Shown piece by piece: positions 1 to 12,868 of a stretch of 64,000 nt of DNA; the stretch's first letter is position 1, and each line of letters starts with the position of its first letter. The position numbers and the translations under genes are program-made. Origin of the DNA: Eledone cirrhosa (Eukaryota); NCBI GenBank assembly GCA_964016885.1, contig OZ024741.1:317378001-317442000 (forward strand), in the 5' to 3' direction. The notes beneath the pieces are model-generated. The model was not told the DNA's origin. It did not search any database and saw only the letters and a list, made by a program, of their open reading frames with translations.

Positions 1-245
1 AAAGAAGAAAAGATCAACATCATCGGTAACTACTGAGCCACAGGTTTTATGTCGGTGTTATCCCAGTTTCCTGAGTTGCTTTCTCCTAGAAGAATGCCCT
101 GATATAGGCTAGGTCCTTCACTCCCAGTGGTTTAACCGCGCGATCGGGTATACAGTCCGATTATTTCTATGCATATACATATATTAAATTAAACATCGCC
201 AATACAGGCCAAAATCTATGGAAGTTATCAAAATTATACACATAT

Positions 246-321
<76 letters not shown>

Positions 322-325
<4 letters not shown>

Positions 326-659
326 GAAGTAATTCCGTCGGAAAAGTCCAGGAAAAAAGAGTGCTCTATGTAGGTAACAGAGCTTAATAGTTATGTAATA
401 AACAACATAAGGCAATTATTTCATTTACCAGTGGTTTCTTAAAAGCAAACAAATTTTGCTTTCAATCATCAGAATGAAAATATCCTGGTGTAAAGGTCCA
501 TGGTGTATGTTGGTTAAATTCCTGAAAACTGTAGAGTGCTCAACTAATCGGACTGAAAAGTGCCAATCGTATATGTAATATAGAATATGCTTCAATCAAT
601 CCCGGTTGGAGCTGTATAAATGAAGTAATTCCGTCGGAAAATTTCAGGAAAAAAGAGTG

Positions 660-661
<2 letters not shown>
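322..661 (-). mobile_element. Retrozyme-like non-autonomous element, 296-nt unit with 44-bp terminal direct repeat, inserted in (TA)n
   Basis: AAATGAAGTAATTCCGTCGGAAAA..CAGGAAAAAAGAGTGCT occurs at 322-365 and 618-661; (TA)n on both sides; internal hammerhead on the minus strand. Confidence 0.7.
419..479 (-). ncRNA. Type I hammerhead ribozyme, canonical core
   Basis: Minus strand: tttcatt CTGATGA ttgaaagcaaa-atttg-tttgcttttaa GAAA cca-c-tgg TA aatgaaa. Stem I 7 bp, stem II 11 bp, GUA cleavage triplet. Confidence 0.9.
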
Positions 662-695
<34 letters not shown>

Positions 696-826
696 GTGTG
701 AATGTATGTATAGTATATTTTGCAATATACCGTATGTTTAATTTAAAACATTTAGAAGACCATACGCTATCAGTTTTAAAGTAGTGACAATGTCACTTAC
801 TTCTTTTCGGCGAAAGAAGGGAGAGA

Positions 827-868
827 AGCTGACAGTCTGTTTCACACTGGCTGGCGTTCATCGGAGCC
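827..868 (-). ncRNA. Type I hammerhead ribozyme with U4C variant core
   Basis: Minus strand: ggct CCGATGA acgc-cagcca-gtgt GAAA cag-a-ctg TC agct. Flanks 804-826 and 874-894 are complementary and extend stem I. Confidence 0.7.
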
Positions 869-1256
869 ACGTACTCCCCTGCTTTCGCCGAAAATTATAG
901 AAGCTGGATTCTTATAGAATTCCAGTAATAATCAGTATATGTTGCACATTTTAGAGCCCATTCTGTATTTATTTCTAGTGGTAACTTTTAACGTATTTAA
1001 CTCTGTTTCTGTCGGAAGACTCCCGTAAATTTTCCGGCCCATTCTTTGATTTGTTATCGTCTGTCATGTATCTTACCAAAAGAGTGGTTTTCCAACCTGT
1101 TGCGCATTCTGATAATACAGCAAGGTCGCTGACGAAGTACAACTACAGTTTGCTATTTGTCTTGTGTAACTGCTTTTCTGTGTGCTTTTCGTGATTATAT
1201 TGATATATGAATACATATATATGTATATGTGTTTATATATATATATATATGTGTGT

Positions 1257-1340
<84 letters not shown>

Positions 1341-1391
1341 TTATATATATATATATATACATATATATAAGTATATATATATATGTATAAG

Positions 1392-1446
<55 letters not shown>

Positions 1447-1463
1447 ATATATATATATACATA

Positions 1464-1514
<51 letters not shown>

Positions 1515-1807
1515 GTGTATAAATATATATATATATACATACATATATGCACATATATATTTATTTATACATATACATACATACATACATACATACATAC
1601 ATACATACATACATACATACATACATACATACATACATACATACATACATACATACATACATACACACGTATATATAAGAAAACTGGCAGATATGCTTAA
1701 CGTTGGAGTAGTTATTGATTATTTCGTAAAACTGTACTCAATTGACCGATTGTTGCATAACTAGGAGAATGTAAAATTTATGGATAATGGTTATATGATG
1801 GTGGATA

Positions 1808-1870
1808 GAAGAAGAAGAAGAAGAAGAAGAAGAAGAAGAAGAAGAAGAAGAAGAAGAAGAAGAAGAAGAA
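1808..1870. repeat. (AAG)n microsatellite
   Basis: Pure GAA run. Confidence 0.95.
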
Positions 1871-1979
1871 TGCTTAATAACGTTGACGAGAACGTATATT
1901 GCTGAAGATCGTTCTGTTATACGATGTAAGAAATAGAGGTGTGTGTAAGAGTATCTCCCTCTCTCTCTCTATCTATCTA

Positions 1980-2094
<115 letters not shown>

Positions 2095-2339
2095 GTGTGT
2101 GTATGTGTGTGTATGTATGTGTGTATATATACATATATATATATATGGAGAGAGAGGAGGAGGGATGGAGAAAGAGAGAGTGGCTAGAGGAGAAAATAAG
2201 ATTAATATGCAACTAACAACAAAAGTGAGATTTGTATGTGAAGGAGGGAAAAAAGATGACGATAAGTGATAAAGGAGACCATCGCTGGAATGAAATTGTG
2301 TAGAATATAAGGACAGAGTGAACGGAATTGCAGATAAAT

Positions 2340-2628
2340 GAGACTAGCTCTAAGATTGATGTAAAGAGCTGTAGTTGAATTAGATATTAAAGGAAGTAAA
2401 GAGCGAGCGAAAGGAGAAATATATAGAGAAGTAAGGTGGGGCTGAGAGAGAGAAGCACACTTGTGGATCAACGGCTGTGTGAGTGAGACTAGCTCTAAGA
2501 CTGATGTAAAGAGCTGTGGTTGAATTAGGATTTAAAAGAATCAAAGAGCGAGTGAAAGGGGGAATATATAGAGAGGTAAGATGGAAGTGAGGGAGAGAAG
2601 CACACTTGTGGATCAACGGTTGTGTGAG
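2340..2628. repeat. Two diverged tandem copies of a ~145-bp unit
   Basis: GAGACTAGCTCTAAGA..GATGTAAAGAGCTG...GAGAAGCACACTTGTGGATCAACGG repeated at ~2340 and ~2485. Confidence 0.8.
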
Positions 2629-2814
2629 CAATATTGCGGAAGCTGGTCTAAAAAAATACACCCATCATTCGCAATCGAATATACCTTGGTAGTTTGTAGC
2701 ATTCCTTCGCAAATTGTTTGATGTGCCAATGCAGTCATGAGCAGCCACAGGCACTGTCTCCATCTTCCTTCCTTTAATCCAGTTGAACTTCCATTACTAA
2801 AACAAGTTCGATAA

Positions 2815-4430
2815 CAACACTACCAATACTACCAACACCGTCATCATCACCATCACCATCACCAATACCAAAACCAGCTACCATCACCATCATCATTACC
2901 ATGTTATCACCAACACGAGCACCATCATCATCACCATCACCAATACCAACATCGGTACCATAACCATCACCAACACCAAAGCTAACACCAGCTTCGACAC
3001 CATAATTATCACAATCACCAACACCATCACTAACACCAAAACCAGCACCATCAACATCACCAATACCATTACAATTATCATCACCAACGCTACAAACATC
3101 ACCAATACCATCACCACTACCACTAACTTCACCATCTCTATCACCATCACCAACGCCATCACCACTCCCAGTACCATCATCTCAACCATCACCAAAACCA
3201 TTCCCGACACCATCACCAACACCAACAACAATACCATTACCATCACTAACCCCATCACCAACAGGAAAGCCATCGCTGTTCACCATCACCATCACAATAA
3301 TCATCACCATCACCAACGCCATCACCACTACCACTACCCTCACATCAACCATCACCAAAACCATTACCGACACCATCCCCAACACCAACACCAGCACCAT
3401 TGCCATCACTAACCCCATCTCCAACGGGAAAGCCATCGCTGTCACCATACCATCACAATCATCATCACCATCACCAACGATCACAGTGTATCGTCTGGGA
3501 CAATCACTTTAACAATCTAGTAAGCGTTTCGTCCATCTTACCACCGATATATACAGCACAGTTACAAACAATATGGCTACCATAACCACCAACATTACTA
3601 CTACACCACCACTATCGCTACCGTAATATCAACACTACAACCATCACAGTTACCATGATACCAACACTACTACCATCACAATTACCATGATACCAACACT
3701 ACTACCACCACCACTGCTATACCATCACTATTACCATCATCACCACTATACCAACACCACAACCACTGCTACACTAGTACTGTAACTACCACCAGTACCA
3801 ATGCCAATACCACCACCGCCATAACATCACTATTACCACCACCACTACCATTATACCATCACTGTTACCACTACTGCTATACCACCATTGCCTCGACCAC
3901 CACTACCATTACAGCATTCGTATCACCATCACTACAACCTCACAACAACGCCAACACCGCCGCCACACTACCATCGTACAATGATCATCAACGTCACCAA
4001 CACCACGCCACACTACCATCATACAATCACCGTTAACACTAGAACCACCACTACCAATACCACCGCCACACTATCATCTTATAATCACCGCTAACACTAG
4101 AAAAACCACCACTAACACCACCACCACACTGCCATCATACAACCATCACTAACACCAGAACCACTGCCACCACCACCAACACCGCCATCATACAACCACC
4201 ACTAACACCAGAACCACCACTACCACCACCACCGCCACACTACCATCATACAACCACCACTAACACCAGAACCACCACTACCAACACCACCACCACCACC
4301 ACCAGACTACCATCATACAACCACCACCACCGCCACACAACCATCATACAACCGCCACCACCACCACCACCACCACCGCCACTAACACCAGACCCAATGT
4401 CAGTACCATCATTACCACTAGCATAGCAAC
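2815..4430. repeat. Degenerate (ACC/ATC/ACT)n low-complexity region
   Basis: Trinucleotide-derived tract; source of the Val/Thr-rich pseudo-ORFs. Confidence 0.85.
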
Positions 4431-4678
4431 AACCAGTTTCTTTGATCCCTCCGTTGTCGTCAATAGTATCTTGTCGTACCATTCCACCGTCTACATGGTT
4501 TAACAACCATCGAACATTTTCTACGATTTGGCTGCCGGCAATATCTAGGAAACCAATCTTCAGACATAAAGATAAAAAGGACACACTTACTATAAGATAT
4601 TTTGCATCAATTTTATATATATGTGTGTGTGTGTGTGCGAACACATATGCATATGTATATGTATAAATGTATGTATGC

Positions 4679-4771
<93 letters not shown>

Positions 4772-4821
4772 AATATGTTCCTTATTTTCAACTATATATA
4801 TGGGTATATACACACACACAC

Positions 4822-4865
<44 letters not shown>

Positions 4866-5096
4866 GTGTGTGTGTATATAGAGAAATATATATATATATA
4901 TATACACCTATATATGAATATATATATACAGAGAGAGAGGGGCGGCGAGAAAAAGAGAGGGGGGTTGAGTGAGAGAGAGAGTGATGGTAAAGTAGATCTA
5001 ACGATTTTATTTTCTCTTGATCATTCTATCTGACTAGTTTGTCCATTATCTATCTTTCTATCTATCTATCTATCTATTCATCTATTTACACACACA

Positions 5097-5182
<86 letters not shown>

Positions 5183-5321
5183 TGTCAATCATTTATTAAT
5201 CTATCAATAAATCAATCATTCTATCAATCAATCTATCTATCAATTAATCTATTTATCTATCAATCTATCTATCTATTAATCTAACTTTCTTTCATTCAAT
5301 CTAACTATCTATCTATCAAAC

Positions 5322-5375
5322 TCCCCATTTGTATTTGTCCCCTTCTTTTGTGCCCTTGTGGCTAATAAAGAAATT
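5322..5375 (+). mobile_element. Tx1-like LINE extreme 3' end
   Basis: CTCCCCATTTGTATTTGTCCCCTTCTTTTGTGCCCTTGTGGCTAATAAAGAAATT is the reverse complement of 21316-21370; lies in (TCTA)n. Confidence 0.8.
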
Positions 5376-5438
5376 TATCTATTAATCAATTTATCTTGCT
5401 ATCTACCTATCTATCTACCTATCTTTCTCACTCACTCC

Positions 5439-5563
<125 letters not shown>

Positions 5564-5765
5564 TGTATCATTCTATTTATGTATTTACTTATTTAGTCCT
5601 TAATCTATCAATATATACATCTGTTTTGCAGGCAAAGCCATTGACAAAACAGAAAGATAAAGATTGATACGTTGATATATATATGTGTGTGTATTATTAT
5701 GTGTGTGTAAGTGTGTATGTGAGAGAGATAGAGAGTGCTCATGTGTGTGTGTGTCTATATATACA

Positions 5766-5837
<72 letters not shown>

Positions 5838-5842
5838 CATAC

Positions 5843-5885
<43 letters not shown>

Positions 5886-5890
5886 CATAC

Positions 5891-5967
<77 letters not shown>

Positions 5968-5996
5968 CATACATATATATATATACATATATATAT

Positions 5997-6063
<67 letters not shown>

Positions 6064-6066
6064 CAA

Positions 6067-6252
6067 AATTAAATGAATTTAATCTAAATCGAAATTATGG
6101 GTGTCATGTCATAATGCATGCGCCATATATCCTGGGAATTTAAGCTCAAAGATAAATTCGGATTTATCTTTGAGCTTAAATTCCCAGGATATATGGCGCA
6201 TGCATTATGACATGACACCCATAATTTCGATTTAGATTAAATTCATTTAATT
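6067..6252. repeat. Perfect fold-back palindrome, 91-bp arms, 4-nt loop
   Basis: 6067-6157 is the reverse complement of 6162-6252; loop TCGG. Confidence 0.95.
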
Positions 6253-6734
6253 CATTTTATCTTAATTTTGGATTTAGATATATATATACGGCTCCTTAAT
6301 TGTAGAGCTATTTCTGTTGAAGAGAATTTGACTGCTATTTCTAGTTGTCGAATATCTATTCACGCCACTGAAACGAAACCGCTATCTTGTGTGGACGCAA
6401 CACGGGGTAACGGCTAGTTGAAGATTTGAACTCACTCTGTAAGGACGAATAGCTGGACATTATTACACTTTCCTTGTTGACAATCCAATAATATCCACTT
6501 TCCGTGACTTACCATCTGATTAATTGGTGAAATATATTTTTTTAATGGGATATATACAAGGAAGGTTAATCACTCTTAAAGGTAAATATTACCTATACTA
6601 GCTATGCGTGGTTACACGCGAGCAAAAATGATCTCCTGTGATTATTCATGTATATTTATATGTTAATCAATTTCTAGTTATTATATATATACATATATAT
6701 ATATTATGTATATATATATGTATGGATGTATATA

Positions 6735-6827
<93 letters not shown>

Positions 6828-7086
6828 ATATATATACATCCATACACACACATATATATATATATATATATACATCCATACATATATATATATACATATG
6901 TATATACACATATATATATATATATATAGTAAGAATATTTTTGAAACAGCGAGCTGGTTTGAAATTATTATAAATGTAAGCTATCGACGTATTTTGACTA
7001 AAGAAATTAAAGAAATTATTTAGCCTGATAGTGGGGTTAAGAACCCTCGGAGAAATGGAAAAAGATGAGTATTGACGTACAAAATC

Positions 7087-7139
7087 ATTTTGAGATAGAG
7101 TGCTCGTGATCAAAAATCACGAGCACTCTATCTCAAAAT
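7087..7139. repeat. Perfect hairpin, 24-bp arms
   Basis: ATTTTGAGATAGAGTGCTCGTGAT caaaa ATCACGAGCACTCTATCTCAAAAT. Confidence 0.95.
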
Positions 7140-7323
7140 TATTTTTGAAAAGCATAAGAAATGCGCAACCGGTAAAAACTTCAAACTAAAACTGAATACT
7201 AACTAATACTTATTACTAATTTATACTTATTCCTAATTAAACTATTTTTCACTGGGAAAAATTTGTCAGCATTTTCTTTTCCTTTTTACTAATGTATCAC
7301 AACTCGTGTGTCACACCTCTATT

Positions 7324-7408
<85 letters not shown>

Positions 7409-8080
7409 CATATATATGGGGGGGGTTATTCTAAGGATTTCTTGCCCTACAGTTAAGCTATTATACCGTTTCAACAACAACGAGAAAGTTAACGAGAAAA
7501 AGGGAGAGGAGCATAGGTTTGTGTGTATTTGCATCCGTTTGCAAGGATCTGCATGTGTGCATGTGCGTATGTATGCAGATGCGGATGTGAGCGTGAGTAT
7601 ATGTGTACACGTGTGTATATATGCATCTATAGACCTAACAATGTGCGTAGGCGATGTTCAAATTTTCAACAAAACCACAATCTTCCATTATACGCAGTTT
7701 GATTTATACAAGAGTAATAGTATATATCTGTGAGTGTATATAAATATATATATATGTGTGTGTGTGCGTATGAGTGTGTATGTGTGCGTTTGTATATAAA
7801 TATTTATATACACACACACATATGTGTGTGTGTGTATACTACATGCATATGTATTTACATGCATATAGATATAGATATTTATGAATATATTAACATACAT
7901 ATATATATATAAATATATACACACATACATACATGCACACATACATACATGCACATACATACATATTACACACATACATATATACATAAATACATACATA
8001 AATGCATACATACATACACACATACATACATACATACATACATACATACATACATACATACATACATACATACATGCATA

Positions 8081-8298
8081 CACCAACCCGCTTGGCCCAA
8101 AGTATGACTGAACTTGGATTTGCGGACAAAAAGCGCAGCTCCCTAATTCATAGTCAACAAATGTCTGCGATAGCTGGCACCTTCAAAATTTGCAAAACAT
8201 TCTTGCGATTCAAGGGATGACAATTTCTTTTCTTTTACAACCTTGCCACCAGGAAGGTGGCCGGTCAAAAAAAATATACTCGAAATTAAGAGAAAGAG
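8081..8298 (+). mobile_element. R4/Dong-like LINE subfamily B, 3' fragment
   Basis: Encodes TELGFADKKRSSLIHS..AIAGTFKICKTFLRFKG; near-identical to 50108-50324; (CATA)n on both sides. Confidence 0.75.
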
Positions 8299-8604
8299 AT
8301 ATACATACATAAATGTCTTAACTAGACATTGCAGAACGTAGACCATTTTTTTTTTAATAATATCGAAATCCTATAGTTTGGTAAATGTTATTCCTATCAG
8401 TTGCTATTTTTTTTATTACAAATATTCTGACGTAAATGGATGGATATATTAACTGAAATATAAAGTTAAAGACATGTAACAATATACACGTACGAACACA
8501 GGTAGACACACACACATACATACATACATACATACATACATACATACATACATACATACATACATACATACATACATACATACATACATACATACATACA
8601 TACA

Positions 8605-8930
8605 TGTTAGTAACTGCGTCAATACAAATCTTGAGAAGCTAGGCTTCACTGGAACAGAAAGAACACAACTATTTCGGAAATTACAAGACAATCCATTAAT
8701 GGAACAGTAAAAATATGTAAAACATTCCAATAATAATGCATCTAATAACTGCATATACAGATGTAGAGATACAAAGCATATACACATGCACACATACAAC
8801 TCAAAACATAAACATCCACACATACAATAACATCCATATCTACACATGCATGCATACATACATATCTACCTAGTTGATGTTGTGTAAATTCCAATGAGAG
8901 TCTTGTAACTATGTTATAAAACCAGAAGAA
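8605..8930 (+). mobile_element. R4/Dong-like LINE subfamily A, 3' fragment
   Basis: Matches 53273-53642 with internal deletions; (CATA)n on both sides. Confidence 0.85.
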
Positions 8931-9057
8931 CATACATACATCGATACATACATACATACATACATACATACATACATACATACATACATACATACATACA
9001 TACATACATACATACATACATACATACATACATACAGATTGATAGATAGATAGATAA

Positions 9058-9152
9058 CTTTCTTTTTATTTGCCACCAGGGCGTCAAAGAGTGGGACAAG
9101 TACAATGGGGGGAGTTTACATAAAAAGGCGTCCTCAATAAGGAGGAGACAAT
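9058..9152 (-). mobile_element. Tx1-like LINE 3' UTR fragment
   Basis: Matches 58206-58300; embedded in (GATA)n. Confidence 0.75.
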
Positions 9153-9211
9153 AGCATAGATAGATAGATAGGTAGATAGGTAGAGAAATATATAGATAGA
9201 TAGATAGATAC

Positions 9212-9269
<58 letters not shown>

Positions 9270-9295
9270 GGATAGATAGATATATAGATAGATAT

Positions 9296-10190
9296 GTTTC
9301 TTTATATGTTTCTTTAGCCACAGAGGCACAAAAGAAGGGGACAAATACAAAGGGGGAAGTTTACATACAATAAAAACGTGTAAAATGCTATCACAAATGC
9401 AATTTAAAAATTAATCGATTTTCCCCAATAGGGGGAGACATTTAATATGGGTAACACATACCCCCGAAAAAAATGTGCAACCCTCATCTCCAGGAGTACG
9501 AAGAGTGAGTACCCCTTTGCTCTTTTCCTACTTTTCCTCAACCTACAGGCTGATATAGAGAGAAGGCCCATTCACTCGGGCCATTCTCGCCACTTTCACC
9601 CACCTTTCATAAAACTTGCTGGGGTTCAGCACCTCTCTCTCCATCCTGATTCTTCTTCCAAAGTGGTATTTGAGAAAAAAAGAATCAGCTGTTGGCCGGA
9701 GAGAAAGGTGTCTGACCTCAGCCCTTTTAACCTCGTCCACCATATAACCTCTTTCTCCATAGCTATCACACAGAGGAAAACCGCCTCTCCTTCGTTTTTG
9801 AAGGAGGGTGGCGGTTTGATCATGACAATGAACTCGGTGGTCAACCGGATTGGTCCCACCCACGACAATAGTCGTTCTACATAGCCCCACAGGTCGGTAA
9901 CGCCCGGGCAGTGTACGAATGCGTGCGCGACGGTTTCTTCGTCTCGCACGCATCTCGGACAGATCTTTTTCGAAGGGTCCCTGCCCGGGCGCCCGTGTCT
10001 GTAGAGCTTCTCAGTTGCACTGCCAGGCCAGGGACTTTTGGAAGTTGTCCATCGGTCCTGGGCGGAAAGTCCTACATAACAGACTGGCCAGTTCGTCTTC
10101 CTCTACGCCTAGAGTTTCTCCGAGCGCGTCGCCGCACTTGCTGCGGACCAACTCTCTATAGAATGACTAAGTGGAGTCTCCACTGATCTC
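9296..10190 (-). mobile_element. 5'-truncated Tx1-like LINE (C-terminal zinc-binding region plus 3' UTR)
   Basis: RDEETVAHAFVHCP..LSWVGPIRL..KEVIWWTRLKG; homologous to 21316-22205; GATA repeats near both ends. Confidence 0.85.
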
Positions 10191-11124
10191 CGTGTCCGCC
10201 TGCCAGAGGCATAGATAGATAGAAATGTGTATGTATATATGTATATATGTATGTATGTTGGTCGAGTGCAAGGCCTTTGACCACTTAAAAAAACCTTCAA
10301 AGCACAGGCATTCCTTGTTCAGGAAATGTTACAGGTTCGTGTGGCTGGCCGTAACCTAAAGGTGCACCAGTTTCTGTAATCTGCCAAGCGATTGCAATAC
10401 TCTTAACATGTATGTATGTGCGTGTGTGTGTGCGTATGTATGTGTGTGTGTGTCTGTGTGTGTCTGTGTGTGTCTGTGTGTGTCTGTGTGTGTAAGTAGG
10501 CACAGTTTTTCTTTCAAACGTGTTATATTGAAAACAAGACCACGTTCTAGACTGATCATTTTTTATTACTGATTTCCCATATTTTCTTACTAGTTCTTTA
10601 TGTTTAGTTTGGAACAGTGACGTTCCTAAGTCCATGTGTGTATTAACGTTTCGAAGTTCTCAGCGCTTATCTTCAGATCATCGTGGTGGCGTTATTGTTC
10701 ACTAACTTAGAAGTGGTCATAAATGTTCATGGGAAGGTTAGAAGATCGTGGACGGCTAATGTTTACCTTGTTTTCGTTCGTCGTATTCTCTTTGTTAATT
10801 TTCCTAATTGTATTATTACTAATCTGTGACGAACGTGTTCTCTTTTCTCTCTTTTCACGAGACTATCGTTGCTATAAAAAGCACAATACCTTTTCCTCGT
10901 CGTCACATAAAACCCTATGTCTACGTGTTATGGCTTATTGCAATAAGTCATTGTTTTGTCTTGTCTTGTCATGGACAACGCTTTGGCTTATCTCAGACAC
11001 TGTGACCCATGTTGGACCAGCAGTACCGTCAGTAGGGGTCGTAACTGCCAGAAGTCCATCTCGACGGTTGATGACCTTGGAGTTCTGTGTCTTTTTTCGT
11101 TGTTTTCGCTCTTTGATAATTTTC

Positions 11125-11181
<57 letters not shown>

Positions 11182-11548
11182 GAGCTGATCAATCGCTAAA
11201 CGTGCGTCACACCTCGATAAATGTAATGAAGATCTAACACTTCGTCCTTTTTATTATTATTATTATATATATATATGTATATATATATGTATTGTTATAC
11301 TTGGTGGGAGGGTCATATTGTTATAATATTACCAGAAATAATAACAGAACACACTCAGTTTGGTTTGGGTTGGTTTTCGCTTCTGTATATATTTTCGACA
11401 CGCGATTTTATATATATATATATAAGGAAAAAGATTTTTCAGTAGAAAATGTTGAAGAGATTTTTTAGTGAAATTTCAAAGCATTAATTTATTTACAATA
11501 CCGGTTTCAGCATTAAATGAATTGTCAATTGCGAATATGCAGAATATT

Positions 11549-12084
11549 GTTAAGGGAAGAAAGTTAATTTTCACATACGTGATCATAAAGGGCAAAAGAC
11601 AACCTAAATCAATAATAAACATCCTTACACAGGTCAAAGTCCAGCCGACCCCCACAATGAACCCTACAGTAAAAAAAATGCGGACGACCCAACTGTGGTA
11701 TATGTATCAATCTAATAGAGGGATCGGATTTCCACTTCAAACAAGGACAACACTTTACAGTTAAGTGCAATTTCACATGTGCATCAGAAAACCTGATCTA
11801 TGTGTTGACCTGCTCAGGTTGTTGAGAGCACTATATAGGACAGTCCAAAAACCAGCCTCCGACAACGTATGACCGTCCATAGATCCCAAATCAAAATACA
11901 GGAATACAGAAAGATAGCACTGAGTGAACACATCGTGACCTGCGCATCTAATGAACAACCGAATTTTAGAATATTTCCCATCTACAAATTCAAAGACAAC
12001 GCTTCCTACATCCAACGCATTAGCAAGGAATCACAATTTATCGCCAAATACAAACCCCTTCTAAATGCTTCCACTTCGGACTAA
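11549..12084 (+). pseudogene. Penelope-like (Neptune-type) GIY-YIG endonuclease remnant
   Basis: Frameshifted KRQPKSIINIL..., CNFTCASENLIYVLTCSGC*EHYIGQSKTSLRQRMTVHRSQI; LIY..YIG..R..H pattern. Confidence 0.8.
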
Positions 12085-12823
12085 ACCAAAGTTGGCACAC
12101 TTTAAAATCCACACCCTAGACAAGATTCCAGCAACCTCTGACAACTACATAATGCCGACCAAGCAACCACATAGTAACACCCACATCAGCAAGTCCTGGG
12201 GGACCTCCACGAAGATAATCGAATAAATGGAAACATTCAGGTGTCAAACTAAATGCTTTACATTCCCCTGAATCTGGAAGCTTCTGTTGAAGATAGAATG
12301 GGTATTCCAGTAGCTCTGAACCCCTCTTTGTAGCACAAAAATGTTTTTCATCCCCCTAAACCTAAAATTCCTGCCAAGGGTGGAATTAATATTTCAATAA
12401 CTCTAAATCTTCTTTGAGGCAACAAAAACAAGGTCAATGTTGATGATTTCTTCTAAAAAAAATACCATTTTCAGAAGCACCCCACCATCCCTGGTCAACT
12501 CTAAGGTCACCCAGCTTTTCAAACTAATCCCAGCCAAACCTTGTATCCACTATTCAAAGGGTCCCACATAGCAGCCTGCAGCCACAACAACCACCCCCTG
12601 CCTCCTCGTCCCCCTCCTCCTTCTCCTCCTCTTCCCTGCTGCTTCTACCCTCTCCAGTCATAACAAAGCCATTCGCAGAGAAGGATGGGCAGACAATTTT
12701 ACTTTCTTCTCTGAAGGATCACATATGTGAAAATTAAGTTTTCTTCCCCTCTCTCTCTCTCTATATATATATATATATGAAAAAGAACACAAGAGCGTCT
12801 ACAACATCAAATATTTTTTATTG

Positions 12824-12868
12824 GCTTACAATGTTTCTTCCTTACGTAACCGTAGGATTCGTCAGAGC
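12824..12868 (-). ncRNA. Type I hammerhead ribozyme (mirror copy of 14462-14506)
   Basis: Reverse complement of gct CTGACGA a tcctacg gtta cgta agga a GAAA catt GTA agc. Confidence 0.75.

Noticed and set aside
60-170. Possible RTE 5' UTR / HDV-like ribozyme remnant
   Set aside because: Only a vague resemblance; I could not build the nested double pseudoknot by eye
1123-1160. CTGACGA as a hammerhead
   Set aside because: No GAAA or stem III after the small hairpin
1896-1940. CTGAAGA plus hairpin
   Set aside because: GAAA is not adjacent to stem II, and there is no cleavage triplet or stem I
6385-6419. Helitron-like 3' end (..GGGTAACGGCTAGT)
   Set aside because: Weak hairpin, no 5' end and no second copy in the window
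10638-10682. Minus-strand CTGAAGA...CGAAACGTT hammerhead-like motif
   Set aside because: Core boxes are present but stem I does not pair convincingly; at best a decayed copy
12705-12742. CTGAAGGA TCACATATGTGA AAA
   Set aside because: Core mismatch, stem overlaps the GAAA, and stem I is only 2 bp
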